The translations under genes and the position numbers were made by a program. A stretch of DNA of 26,785 nt from a bacterium (GTDB taxonomy: Bacteria; SZUA-182; DTGQ01): assembly GCA_040752695.1 (NCBI GenBank), contig JBFMGO010000085.1, positions 1 to 26,785 of the forward strand, read 5' to 3'. The notes under the pieces were generated by a model. It was not told the origin of the DNA. It did not search any database and saw only the letters and a program-made list of their open reading frames with translations. Shown here piece by piece: positions 9,904 to 17,659 of this stretch. The number at the start of each line of letters is the position of its first letter. Positions within the stretch are counted from its first letter, which is position 1.

Positions 9904-10260
9904 TTATTTCTCTTTATTTTCCCGATCCTTATTGCTGTTTTTCCGTAAAAAGGTTTCCACGCGGCTTATCTTTCGTATGATGTCCACTTGTTCTTCAGCT
10001 TCGATATCCATAAGGTCCATGACTTTTCCCAAAAAGCCGTAATCAAGGTTTCCGCTCAGGCCGCATCTGGCCTGGGAGCACAGGTCGTATACCTCCTGGC
10101 ATAATTCGTTCGCTATCCAGAGCTGCGGAGGTTGGCGTTTACACCCCTTGCACGGAGGATTACGGCTATCTTTCCGGAATTTCTTCCGGCAGGGCTCACA
10201 GTAGGCGGGGTTTTCTCCGTCCCGGTCCGTGCGCCACTGCCAGAAGTCGATCAGTTTTTT
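9904..10260 (-). CDS. Tail assembly chaperone frameshift extension (gpGT-like), Cys-rich
   Basis: Reached by a -1 shift at A AAA AAC; reads KLIDFWQWR...CEPC...CKGC...LDYGFL. Confidence 0.75.
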   Translation of the reverse strand, partial: KKLIDFWQWRTDRDGENPAYCEPCRKKFRKDSRNPPCKGCKRQPPQLWIANELCQEVYDLCSQARCGLSGNLDYGFLGKVMDLMDIEAEEQVDIIRKISRVETFLRKNSNKDRENKEK

Positions 10261-10634
10261 ATCTCCTCCTCCATCGCCTGCGCTGCCTTGACTTGAGCAT
10301 CCAAACAGGCAGATGCGACCAGGTTGGTGAAAACGGGGAATTGTTCGACCAGCATCTTTTTGTTTTCTTCCGTGAACGGGATCTGCCTGCCCTCCTCGTC
10401 CTTGAGCTCCCAGCCGAGGCAGCAATCCATGAAGATCTTCGGCATGGCGATATCATGATCGAAGCTCCTGGAGTCGGTTTCCGCTTCCCTGCGAACCTTG
10501 CGAAGCTCGGTTCTGGTCAAGGGTTTGATCTTGACCCGGAATTTGAGCCCCTCGAATTCCGACCGTTCAAAAACCCTGTGGCTGCCGTCGATCCATACTC
10601 CATCCTTTTGATTCAATGCGAGCAGTAAATCCAT
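10251..10634 (-). CDS. Tail assembly chaperone (gpG-like)
   Basis: Between tail tube and tape measure; GW.LKDEEG..IPFTEEN; ends IKN* on a slippery site; GGAGG RBS. Confidence 0.8.
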   Translation of the reverse strand: MDLLLALNQKDGVWIDGSHRVFERSEFEGLKFRVKIKPLTRTELRKVRREAETDSRSFDHDIAMPKIFMDCCLGWELKDEEGRQIPFTEENKKMLVEQFPVFTNLVASACLDAQVKAAQAMEEEIKN

Positions 10635-10740
10635 GCTTCTGTCCTCCTTAATAGAAATAGAGAATTAATGGTTAAGGTTAAGATTAAGGTCATTTTTGAC
10701 ATCGCGCCGCCCGCCATTTTTTGCTCGTGCAACCATGGTG

Positions 10741-10776
10741 GCCCTTGAATCAAATATAGGGATGGACGATGCCGAA
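10741..10776 (-). promoter_or_regulatory. Repeated late-region motif, copy upstream of the tail chaperone
   Basis: Plus strand GCCCTT-N16-TGGACGATGCCGAA; matches copies at 16481, 17036 and 24626. Confidence 0.7.
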
Positions 10777-10780
10777 ATAA

Positions 10781-11731
10781 TTACGCGTAGCTTGCCTGGC
10801 TGTTCGTGAGAACGACCCGAAACTCGCTGGCAGCGGACGCATTGTAATAAAAGCCGACGAAACTCAGGTTCAGGTAGGCACCTCCAGGGCCGTCAACGGG
10901 AGGAGATTCATGTGAATACTGCACTTCATCGCAGATGAATTCGATGGAGCTGGTTCCCGACTCGAGTAGAACATCAAGAGAACTCGTCGCGTGGTTCCTA
11001 CCCTTGGAGATAATGGTATCCACATCGAACATGCCCTTAATCGTCCCGGTAAGGGAAGGCTGGCCTTCCGATGCGATCGTGCCCTCTCCGTTTCCTGCCA
11101 GGCCGAACCCCATAACTGAATTATTGGCAAAGTTGATCTGCAACTGTTCGATAGTATCGGTCGGCGTTCCGCCTTCGCTTGCGACAGCATCGCAGTTATG
11201 AAAAATGGTGGCCGGCTTACTGACATCGCTCGTAGGTGTCTCCTGATACGAACTGCTGCTATACGCTTCCTTTGCACCGATAATCGGCACAGTGTAGACG
11301 AGCTGCCCATTGCCGCCGAATCCTATTTGCAGGCCCGTAGCTTTGCAGCCGTTATACAGGTAAAATTTGCTGTCATTAGGCCACCCTTTTTCCAGGAGAA
11401 AAGACGGAGCGCTGGCACCTATTTTAAAAGCATGCTCATACGGGCCTGTGCCGGTCGTAGTTGGTGTACCGAAAACCATTTTCAGAACATAGCCAATGGC
11501 TATCAGGTCAACAGGCCCGGACAGGTTTCCGGTTACGGGTTTATTGCCGTAGAATGGCTGGCCTGCATGCCTGCCAGCGCCAAGAGTAGCAGACTGCTGC
11601 GGCCGCTGGTCAACTTTCAGGTCGCAGGTGTTAAAGGGTAATTTGATGGCTGCCGCACTGACTGGATTTGTCTTGAACGCTGTTTCAAAATCCAACAGCA
11701 GTTGACTGTTAGCATTACTGATCCATGCCAT
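10781..11731 (-). CDS. Major tail (tube) protein, non-contractile
   Basis: 316 aa, beta-rich; PSFLLEKG...LYNGCK pattern; upstream of chaperones. Confidence 0.8.
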   Translation of the reverse strand: MAWISNANSQLLLDFETAFKTNPVSAAAIKLPFNTCDLKVDQRPQQSATLGAGRHAGQPFYGNKPVTGNLSGPVDLIAIGYVLKMVFGTPTTTGTGPYEHAFKIGASAPSFLLEKGWPNDSKFYLYNGCKATGLQIGFGGNGQLVYTVPIIGAKEAYSSSSYQETPTSDVSKPATIFHNCDAVASEGGTPTDTIEQLQINFANNSVMGFGLAGNGEGTIASEGQPSLTGTIKGMFDVDTIISKGRNHATSSLDVLLESGTSSIEFICDEVQYSHESPPVDGPGGAYLNLSFVGFYYNASAASEFRVVLTNSQASYA

Positions 11732-11743
11732 AGGTTCCTCCTT

Positions 11744-11795
11744 GTCAAAAAATATTGCGTGTATACTCCGTCAAAAAATATTGCGTGTATACTCC
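11744..11795. repeat. Perfect 26-bp tandem duplication
   Basis: GTCAAAAAATATTGCGTGTATACTCC at 11744-11769 and 11770-11795. Confidence 0.95.
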
Positions 11796-12220
11796 AAAAA
11801 GATCGTTTTTCTTTGAATTTTAGTTGTTTCGCCGATGATCATGATCTGACTGGCGGTTTCACCGATCGGAAAGACATTCATAACCTGCCCCGACCCTGTC
11901 AGAAAGCCGAGTCTGTTGCCGGTCAACAGGGTGTTGATAACTGCGGCGATAGCCAAAACCCCCTTGGTGCCCATAAGAGACTGCTCCGGCTGCATGACCC
12001 TCTGGTAGACGGTTATCTGCACCTGAGCATATTGAACATACCGTCCGCCGATCTGCTGGTCATTTTTAATCTGGCCATCCTTGATTTCTATGGCCGGATA
12101 CATGGTTGAGGGAGGAATCTCCGTTTCGTCCTCCGTGATGTAAATGTCCGCGTCCCGGATAGAAGCCAGGCTCTCTGCCTCCTGTAATGCCGTTTTTATT
12201 GCCGTCAGCAAATCTTTCAT
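11771..12220 (-). CDS. Putative tail terminator / completion protein
   Basis: 149 aa between gpG-like gene and tail tube; YPAIEI motif; ATGA coupling. Confidence 0.6.
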   Translation of the reverse strand: MKDLLTAIKTALQEAESLASIRDADIYITEDETEIPPSTMYPAIEIKDGQIKNDQQIGGRYVQYAQVQITVYQRVMQPEQSLMGTKGVLAIAAVINTLLTGNRLGFLTGSGQVMNVFPIGETASQIMIIGETTKIQRKTIFLEYTRNIF

Positions 12221-12864
12221 ATCATGCCTCCTGTAATTTGACTCTGAGAACTGCCTGATCCGGAAAATACATATCTGGCAATCGACCGCTTTAGATAAGC
12301 CGTATCGCTGGCCTGAACCATTAAAAAGCGTCTTTTGGGAATATCACCCCAGGGAACCTTCTGTTTCCTGGGGTGTTCTTTGCGCTCATGCCCCTTGACC
12401 GGCTTACCTTTTCGCAGGAAGGGCTTGACCGAATGAGTCCTGACCCTGGCCGTTACCGTGCCGAACGATCCTTTTTCCGCTCCGTACTGATGGGTTTTGG
12501 CGTATGGCACGTTAGTGGCGATCTCCAAAAAATCAGTGCCCGCGGTATAGGCTCCAGGTCCGGTTACGCTATTGAGCAGGATGCCTCTTTGGCGGAGCGT
12601 CTGGCCTGTTTTCCCGGCTCCGCGACCCCTGTTCAGTGCGCGTTTCGATGGCGGCCAGGGATCTGGACGCCCTCCTCGCTGGAAATTCAACCCGATGGAC
12701 CGCTGCATTCTGCCCTGAAAATCCTGAAAGACCGGACGCAGGTCCTGCAACCTGGCCGCTACCTGGGCAAACATGGCCTTTACTTCAGGGCAGTTGTCCG
12801 TGAGGCTGAACACCAGGGCACCCCTGCCACTGCCGGATGATCCTCCTCCTGCCTGTGATGCCAT
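12217..12864 (-). CDS. Phage virion morphogenesis protein (Mu gpG / P2 gpS family)
   Basis: NF..GGRP.PW, L..SV, TNVPYAKTHQYG, IPKRRFL. Confidence 0.85.
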   Translation of the reverse strand: MASQAGGGSSGSGRGALVFSLTDNCPEVKAMFAQVAARLQDLRPVFQDFQGRMQRSIGLNFQRGGRPDPWPPSKRALNRGRGAGKTGQTLRQRGILLNSVTGPGAYTAGTDFLEIATNVPYAKTHQYGAEKGSFGTVTARVRTHSVKPFLRKGKPVKGHERKEHPRKQKVPWGDIPKRRFLMVQASDTAYLKRSIARYVFSGSGSSQSQITGGMI

Positions 12865-13307
12865 TAAAACCCCTCCATGTTCGTGCGGGTGAAAAGCCCT
12901 GTATTGGATGTGATAGACACCTCGTTCGGCGGAGAATCTGCCACAGGGGTGGCTGCCCCAAGGGCCGCTTTTCCTTCCGTAACCAGTTTAAGATAGCTTA
13001 CGACCTGCTTGTACCTGTCAATCCTGATTTGAGGCGGATCGTTATCGCGTCTGGCATAGAGATGATAGATGGCCATGTCAACGGCATACTTTCTTATCAA
13101 TTCAGGCACGGGAGAGAGCGGGACCGTATACAGTTTCTGACAGTAGCCATCGATTTCAGAGCTTGCATCGGTTATCGCTTTGTCCACGATAGCCTCCAGG
13201 GTCGCATCCATTACCGTTTTTGTGCCGCTATCGTCGGAGAGTTTAATTACCTGATCAGTCGAGATCTGATCAGGGTAAATATCGGCTTTCGTACAATATG
13301 CAGACAT
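12864..13307 (-). CDS. Head-tail adaptor (Mu gp36 / DUF1320)
   Basis: YCT..D, AITDASSEIDGY...YTVPL..VP, DMAIYHLY; GGAGG RBS before MSAY. Confidence 0.88.
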   Translation of the reverse strand: MSAYCTKADIYPDQISTDQVIKLSDDSGTKTVMDATLEAIVDKAITDASSEIDGYCQKLYTVPLSPVPELIRKYAVDMAIYHLYARRDNDPPQIRIDRYKQVVSYLKLVTEGKAALGAATPVADSPPNEVSITSNTGLFTRTNMEGF

Positions 13308-13491
13308 TGCGTTTCCCTCCATTTAATACAGGCATTGTAATAAAAAACACTGGATTCTAAGCTCCCCGCTTAATGCCTGCTCAGGACAGGCTCCGCGGAA
13401 ATGACAATTGGATAATATCACAAATGATAGTACCCTCATTTTGCCCCCTCCTGTGTATCCTGCGACAGGAGAGAGCGGAATGAGAGGCCCC

Positions 13492-13995
13492 TTACCATGT
13501 AGATAAGGGGCACCGCTTCCAGTTATTGTTCGGATCGATGCAGACATAGATATAATTTGCATCCCAGCAGATATCACCCTTGTTGCCTGCGGCCGTTGCC
13601 GATGCGGGTGTTTTCGTCAGACGCAGCCGGATAACCTGCATATTGGCATCGAAATACGCGGTTGGTGAGGTTACGTTGATTCCGAGTTTCCCGCTCGTTT
13701 TCAGGATCATTTTCGTAGTCCAGCTCTGTACCGCTGTCCCGGAGCTTCCTGCATCGGAAGTTTTGAATATGATATCTCCGCCTGCTGCGCTGCCCGTGGC
13801 CCTGCCTCCTTCCAGTGTCAATGATGTGGCAGCCTGGTTGGTTCCGGCTTTCCCGTCTGGAGCATGGATCGTCGACGCCTTGAAACTCTGGGCATAGGCA
13901 GTGCCGTGAAACGAACGGGAGCCCCGCTGGCAGCCGTTAAAAAGAAGAAATACGATCAGGATACTGATAAACAATGAAAGAAGTTTAGCTTTCAT
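13492..13995 (-). CDS. Putative lipoprotein with fibre-like domain (167 aa)
   Basis: MKAK + hydrophobic stretch + FNGC lipobox-like; GKLGINVTSP and PASATAAGNKGDICWDANYIYVC...WKR resemble phage fibre segments. Confidence 0.65.
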   Translation of the reverse strand: MKAKLLSLFISILIVFLLFNGCQRGSRSFHGTAYAQSFKASTIHAPDGKAGTNQAATSLTLEGGRATGSAAGGDIIFKTSDAGSSGTAVQSWTTKMILKTSGKLGINVTSPTAYFDANMQVIRLRLTKTPASATAAGNKGDICWDANYIYVCIDPNNNWKRCPLSTW

Positions 13996-14287
13996 CTTTG
14001 GATTCCTTCCCCTTATCTTTTCCCTTTTTCTGTCCCGGAGCTGCTTTTCGTTCCGGATCGGCAGCCTCGCTATTGATGTCAGCACCTTCAGCCATTGCCT
14101 GCGTGGTTTCATCCTGGCCTGACTTCGGTTCGGGGCCCGGCATTTCAATGACAACCAGTTGCGGCTCTTCTTTCAACCTGCGAATCTGCTCATGGGTAAA
14201 CCTGCCGTCAGGATAATCGGTGGGGGTTGTGGAATGTCGGATACCGCACCGGTAAAAACCGTTTCGCTTGGAAATAATTCGAATCAT
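13985..14287 (-). CDS. Mu gp35-like (HI1506/FluMu N-terminal domain) protein
   Basis: IRIISKRNGFYRCG..H, FT.EQ...L.EEPQLVV; follows the capsid gene. Confidence 0.8.
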   Translation of the reverse strand: MIRIISKRNGFYRCGIRHSTTPTDYPDGRFTHEQIRRLKEEPQLVVIEMPGPEPKSGQDETTQAMAEGADINSEAADPERKAAPGQKKGKDKGKESKDES

Positions 14288-14339
14288 AGTGTCGTTTCTC
14301 CTTCCAGGTGATTTATGCCCTCACCTCATGGGTGTTTGA

Positions 14340-15230
14340 TTATGTCAGCCAGGGAACTACCAGCAATTTCGCTGTGTCGCGCCAGGTATTGGTTGCTCCG
14401 GCCTGGTTCCTCTCAGTGAGCAGTATCTCTCGTGCATTAGCTTCGAGGGATGGCGGTACTACCAGGAGATCAGGGACGATGCCCAGGGGCATCCCATTAT
14501 CGTTGGTGAAGGCCATCATGGCAGACCTGGCTGCCGAATAGTGACCAGCGTCCAGATCGTTCTTGCTGGCATAGGCCAATTGCCAGAATCCATAACCGAC
14601 ATTACCACGGTAATCCACTCCATAGCGGTATTTCTTGCGCATGAACACGTTCTCATCCGTTATGGAATCCATGGATACAAACTGTGGAGACTGCCGTTCC
14701 TGGTAGATCAGCGGCTTGATCGACCTGCCGGTACACATCAGGTACCAGGCCGTCCCAGACCCGGAATCATAATTGCTGACCGTGCTGCTTCCCACCGGGT
14801 GATCGGTGTCGAAAAAGTACTGCCCATCGTAACAGGCGGTAGTAAATCCGGCAGCCAGCAGGGTGAAGATAAGATAATCAGGGTGGGTTTTTGCGCTTCT
14901 CCCCAGTTCCTGAATCGGAGAGCGATAGACACCAAGATTATCATCCATGATGTCGTTGCGGTCGATTTCGATCGTGCCTTCAAAATCCTTGTTCGTAATG
15001 CTGTAGCCGTGCAGCAGCAGGTTTTGCAGCACCCTGTCTCCGATCCATTCTCTCAGCATCGGGAATGCACCGAGCCAGGCATAATCTTGCGTCTTGCTGG
15101 TCGATGGTGCCAGGCTGGCCACTTGCGGCCAGTAGACCTGGGCGCTTTCGAGCGCCTGATTGAATAATAGCGAGTTGCTCTTATACAGCGAAGCCAACAT
15201 GGCCGCTGTAATGGTTCCTTTAACGATCAT
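14340..15230 (-). CDS. Major capsid protein (Mu gpT family)
   Basis: YAWLG.FP.LREWIGDR, NKDFE.TI.I.RNDI.DD, CYDGQYFFDTDHPV, GYGFWQLA. Confidence 0.95.
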   Translation of the reverse strand: MIVKGTITAAMLASLYKSNSLLFNQALESAQVYWPQVASLAPSTSKTQDYAWLGAFPMLREWIGDRVLQNLLLHGYSITNKDFEGTIEIDRNDIMDDNLGVYRSPIQELGRSAKTHPDYLIFTLLAAGFTTACYDGQYFFDTDHPVGSSTVSNYDSGSGTAWYLMCTGRSIKPLIYQERQSPQFVSMDSITDENVFMRKKYRYGVDYRGNVGYGFWQLAYASKNDLDAGHYSAARSAMMAFTNDNGMPLGIVPDLLVVPPSLEANAREILLTERNQAGATNTWRDTAKLLVVPWLT

Positions 15231-15242
15231 TGCTTTCTCCTC

Positions 15243-15276
15243 TTGAACTATGACATGGGTGCCTTACCCTGTCTTG
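15243..15276 (-). promoter_or_regulatory. Conserved RNA hairpin just upstream of the capsid RBS
   Basis: 31/34 identical to 23024-23057; stem GACAGGGU/ACCC(A)UGUC. Confidence 0.65.
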
Positions 15277-15294
15277 TTAACTATGACGATGTTT

Positions 15295-15696
15295 TTATCT
15301 CTGGTCGATATCAACCCATACGGATGTCGAGCTTTCCACCTTGACAATTTTCCCTATCACTACGCCATTACCGGCTGTAGTGGTTACGGTGCCACCGTCG
15401 GAAGGATAAACGGTTTTTCCGATATCGGTTGCCGCTGCCGAGGCCATGGCGAAAAGGAAAACACCCTTACGCCGCACCTTGACGTTTATATCACCGTTAG
15501 ATCCGGAACTGTTATCAGCCGCTGCCAGCGACACCCCTGCCATAAGATAACTGGCAGTATTCACCGCTTCGACAGCATAGCCTGATGTGTTGGTAACTAC
15601 CAAGCTGCCAGCGTAAATCGTTGTAGACGCCGCAACCGGAATTTCCTCGTCAATACCCTCTTTTTGCAAAGTATTACGATCAGCGGTCAATGCCAT
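15295..15696 (-). CDS. Capsid cement / decoration protein
   Basis: MALTADRNT, PVAA...IYAG, DIGKTVY; between protease and capsid genes. Confidence 0.75.
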   Translation of the reverse strand: MALTADRNTLQKEGIDEEIPVAASTTIYAGSLVVTNTSGYAVEAVNTASYLMAGVSLAAADNSSGSNGDINVKVRRKGVFLFAMASAAATDIGKTVYPSDGGTVTTTAGNGVVIGKIVKVESSTSVWVDIDQR

Positions 15697-15750
15697 GAGT
15701 TCTTCTCCTTATCAGTCAAAAAAAACGGCCCCATCCAGTAATTAACGGCC

Positions 15751-16386
15751 TCAGCCGACAATTTTTTGCGCTAAAAACTCCTTGAATTCTTCCTCGCTGA
15801 TACCCATCTGCTTCATGACGATGCGGTCGGTTTCCGTGATCTGCTCTTTTGCAGGGGGCTGATCAGGTCCGGCTCCTCCGATTTCCTTCATAGTCACTAC
15901 CACCGGGGCCTTTTCGACGAACACCTTGAATCCGGCGGGATCGGCCTTGGCGTACTCCGTAGCCCATTCTTTCTGCGCTGCCGTGATTTTGCCTGCCTTC
16001 ATGGCCTCGGTGACCAGGTCGTTTGCGTCTCTCTGCGCCAGTTTTTCTTTCATGGCCTGGAATTCAGCTACCGAAATTCCCGTTACCTGGGTCTGTTTCA
16101 ATGCGCGGATAGTGGCAATGGCATCTGATTTGCTAGCTGCCGCAGACAGACCCAGTTCTGACATGACTTCCTGACAGGCCACGGTTGAAGAAGCCTCCTT
16201 CAGGGCATTGATGGCTCCCATAACCTCCTGGGAGGTGGCCGTAGATGAAACATTCAGCGCGGTTGCCAGTTGCGACTTCAGGGCCTCGTGGCCAGCAGCT
16301 ATGTGCATCCTGGCAGACATGACCTCGATGGCCTTTTCCTTCGATGTGCCCTCAGGTAATCCCAGTAATGTCAAAAACTCTTTCAT
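15751..16386 (-). CDS. Probable internally initiated scaffolding protein (gpZ-like)
   Basis: In-frame ATG at 16386 (MKEFL) preceded by AAGGAAGAAGGT after a low-complexity linker, as in Mu I/Z. Confidence 0.6.
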   Translation of the reverse strand: MKEFLTLLGLPEGTSKEKAIEVMSARMHIAAGHEALKSQLATALNVSSTATSQEVMGAINALKEASSTVACQEVMSELGLSAAASKSDAIATIRALKQTQVTGISVAEFQAMKEKLAQRDANDLVTEAMKAGKITAAQKEWATEYAKADPAGFKVFVEKAPVVVTMKEIGGAGPDQPPAKEQITETDRIVMKQMGISEEEFKEFLAQKIVG

Positions 16387-16971
16387 ACCTTCTTCCTTTC
16401 CGGTGAATGAATCATGATCTCCTTCACCTGATTTTTTGATATCGTTCGCACCGGCATCTTTTGCAAGGCCAGAACTGACTGCCCTTGTTTCAAATGGCTG
16501 GTTGGACGATGCTGAAGATTGTGCCTCCAGTGCTTTCATAACCAATGGCGTCAGGTTATGGCCCTTTGGCAGGTTAGTAAGCGCTATACTCTGGATGTTC
16601 ACCAGATGACGTTTCTTATCCAGCCCGACGACCGGGGAGAAATACCGGTATTCCCGGTTCTTGATAAATTCTTTTGCTTTCTCTGTCCAGTCAACCCGGC
16701 AGGCCAGGCCGCTGCCGTTATTGAAAAACCCCTTGATCCACCCGGCAGCCGGAGCTATGCCTCCGGTCAGAGTCTGGTGTTCGTAATCGATAACTCCATC
16801 CCTGCCTTTTGCCTGGTGATCTGCTCTGACCGATTCGATAGATGCAGCATCCACCGTAAAGGGCTCCATCCCGGTGCCTGTGACAGTGCCAAAGGGGAAA
16901 ATGAGAAATTCACCGGGGGCCTCCGGGGAGGCATCCATAATTACCGTAAAATACTCGTGTTCTCCACTCAT
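15751..16971 (-). CDS. Prohead protease I with C-terminal scaffold (Mu gpI/gpZ)
   Basis: IDYEHQT...APAAGWI, VDWT..A...I...EYRYFSPV, ALTNLP, GKITAAQKEWA. Confidence 0.92.
   Translation of the reverse strand: MSGEHEYFTVIMDASPEAPGEFLIFPFGTVTGTGMEPFTVDAASIESVRADHQAKGRDGVIDYEHQTLTGGIAPAAGWIKGFFNNGSGLACRVDWTEKAKEFIKNREYRYFSPVVGLDKKRHLVNIQSIALTNLPKGHNLTPLVMKALEAQSSASSNQPFETRAVSSGLAKDAGANDIKKSGEGDHDSFTGKEEGMKEFLTLLGLPEGTSKEKAIEVMSARMHIAAGHEALKSQLATALNVSSTATSQEVMGAINALKEASSTVACQEVMSELGLSAAASKSDAIATIRALKQTQVTGISVAEFQAMKEKLAQRDANDLVTEAMKAGKITAAQKEWATEYAKADPAGFKVFVEKAPVVVTMKEIGGAGPDQPPAKEQITETDRIVMKQMGISEEEFKEFLAQKIVG
16481..16516 (-). promoter_or_regulatory. Repeated late-region motif, copy inside the protease gene
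   Basis: Plus strand GCCCTT-N16-TGGACGATGCTGAA. Confidence 0.6.
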
Positions 16972-17035
16972 CTTAAGCCTTTCCTATTTTTCGATATCGT
17001 TCGTCCATTCATTACTTGCCCGTGCAATACTGCTT

Positions 17036-17071
17036 GCCCTTATATGGAATGCCGAGATGGCCGATGCCGAA
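17036..17071 (-). promoter_or_regulatory. Repeated late-region motif, copy upstream of the protease gene
   Basis: Plus strand GCCCTT-N16-TGGCCGATGCCGAA. Confidence 0.7.
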
Positions 17072-17090
17072 AAGAGCCTCTCAGAGGCCC
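17070..17090 (-). terminator. Possible intrinsic terminator
   Basis: Minus strand GGGCCTC-TGA-GAGGCTC-TTTT. Confidence 0.45.
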
Positions 17091-17200
17091 AATAACCTGT
17101 TTTTGTGTTAACCATATAGGAACCATGCTCCGCGCTACTGTAAATGCTTTTTCCCTTCTCTCGTGCGCGTTTTCCCTTCTGTTTTGAATATGGCTGCGGC

Positions 17201-17230
17201 TTGACAAGGCTTATTGCGAATGTGTATAGT
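17201..17230 (+). promoter_or_regulatory. Sigma70-like promoter antisense to the late operon
   Basis: TTGACA-N18-TATAGT. Confidence 0.55.
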
Positions 17231-17341
17231 AAAAACGGTCCAGAAATGAGGAGAACTATACCTTCGCATTTTTAAACATTGCGAAACTATTATTATTTCC
17301 AGACACTTAATAAAAAGTGCAAAAGCATAAAGGAGAAGATA

Positions 17342-17632
17342 ATGGACAGAAGCAAGATTCCTTTTTATGCTTCTCAAAAAGCTCAAAGCTTCATCAATTT
17401 TGAGTTGAGCACATACGAGAAGGAAAACATCACTACCGATCCAGGCATGGTCGAGCATCTCATGAAATCCGGCTATACCGTAGATGATATTGGGTTGCTC
17501 GATGCCGTAAACATTCTCTGTGCTCATAATGTCGGCAAGGCCAGACAGGCAGCCAGATCGATCCAGCATCAAAGTGCCAGGCAATCCGCCACGCGTTCCA
17601 TTCTTTGTTTTGAAGATCGCTGTATCCGCTGA
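17342..17632 (+). CDS. Hypothetical protein (96 aa), possible moron; coding strand ambiguous
   Basis: AAGGAG RBS before ATG17342 and an upstream promoter; codon-aligned with the antisense ORF 17135-17659. Confidence 0.45.
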   Translation: MDRSKIPFYASQKAQSFINFELSTYEKENITTDPGMVEHLMKSGYTVDDIGLLDAVNILCAHNVGKARQAARSIQHQSARQSATRSILCFEDRCIR

Positions 17633-17659
17633 TATTTTTGTCATCGGCCCATCATGCAT

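Noticed and set aside
10261..10425. N-terminal part of the 173-aa ORF 9904-10425
   Set aside because: Overlaps the chaperone gene in another frame; better explained by the -1 frameshift.
10670..10690. GTTAAG/ATTAAG hexamer repeats
   Set aside because: Only about three copies in AT-rich intergenic DNA; no function can be supported.
13996..14154. Upstream extension of the 220-aa ORF
   Set aside because: Overlaps the gp35-like gene; ATG13995 gives a clean signal peptide.
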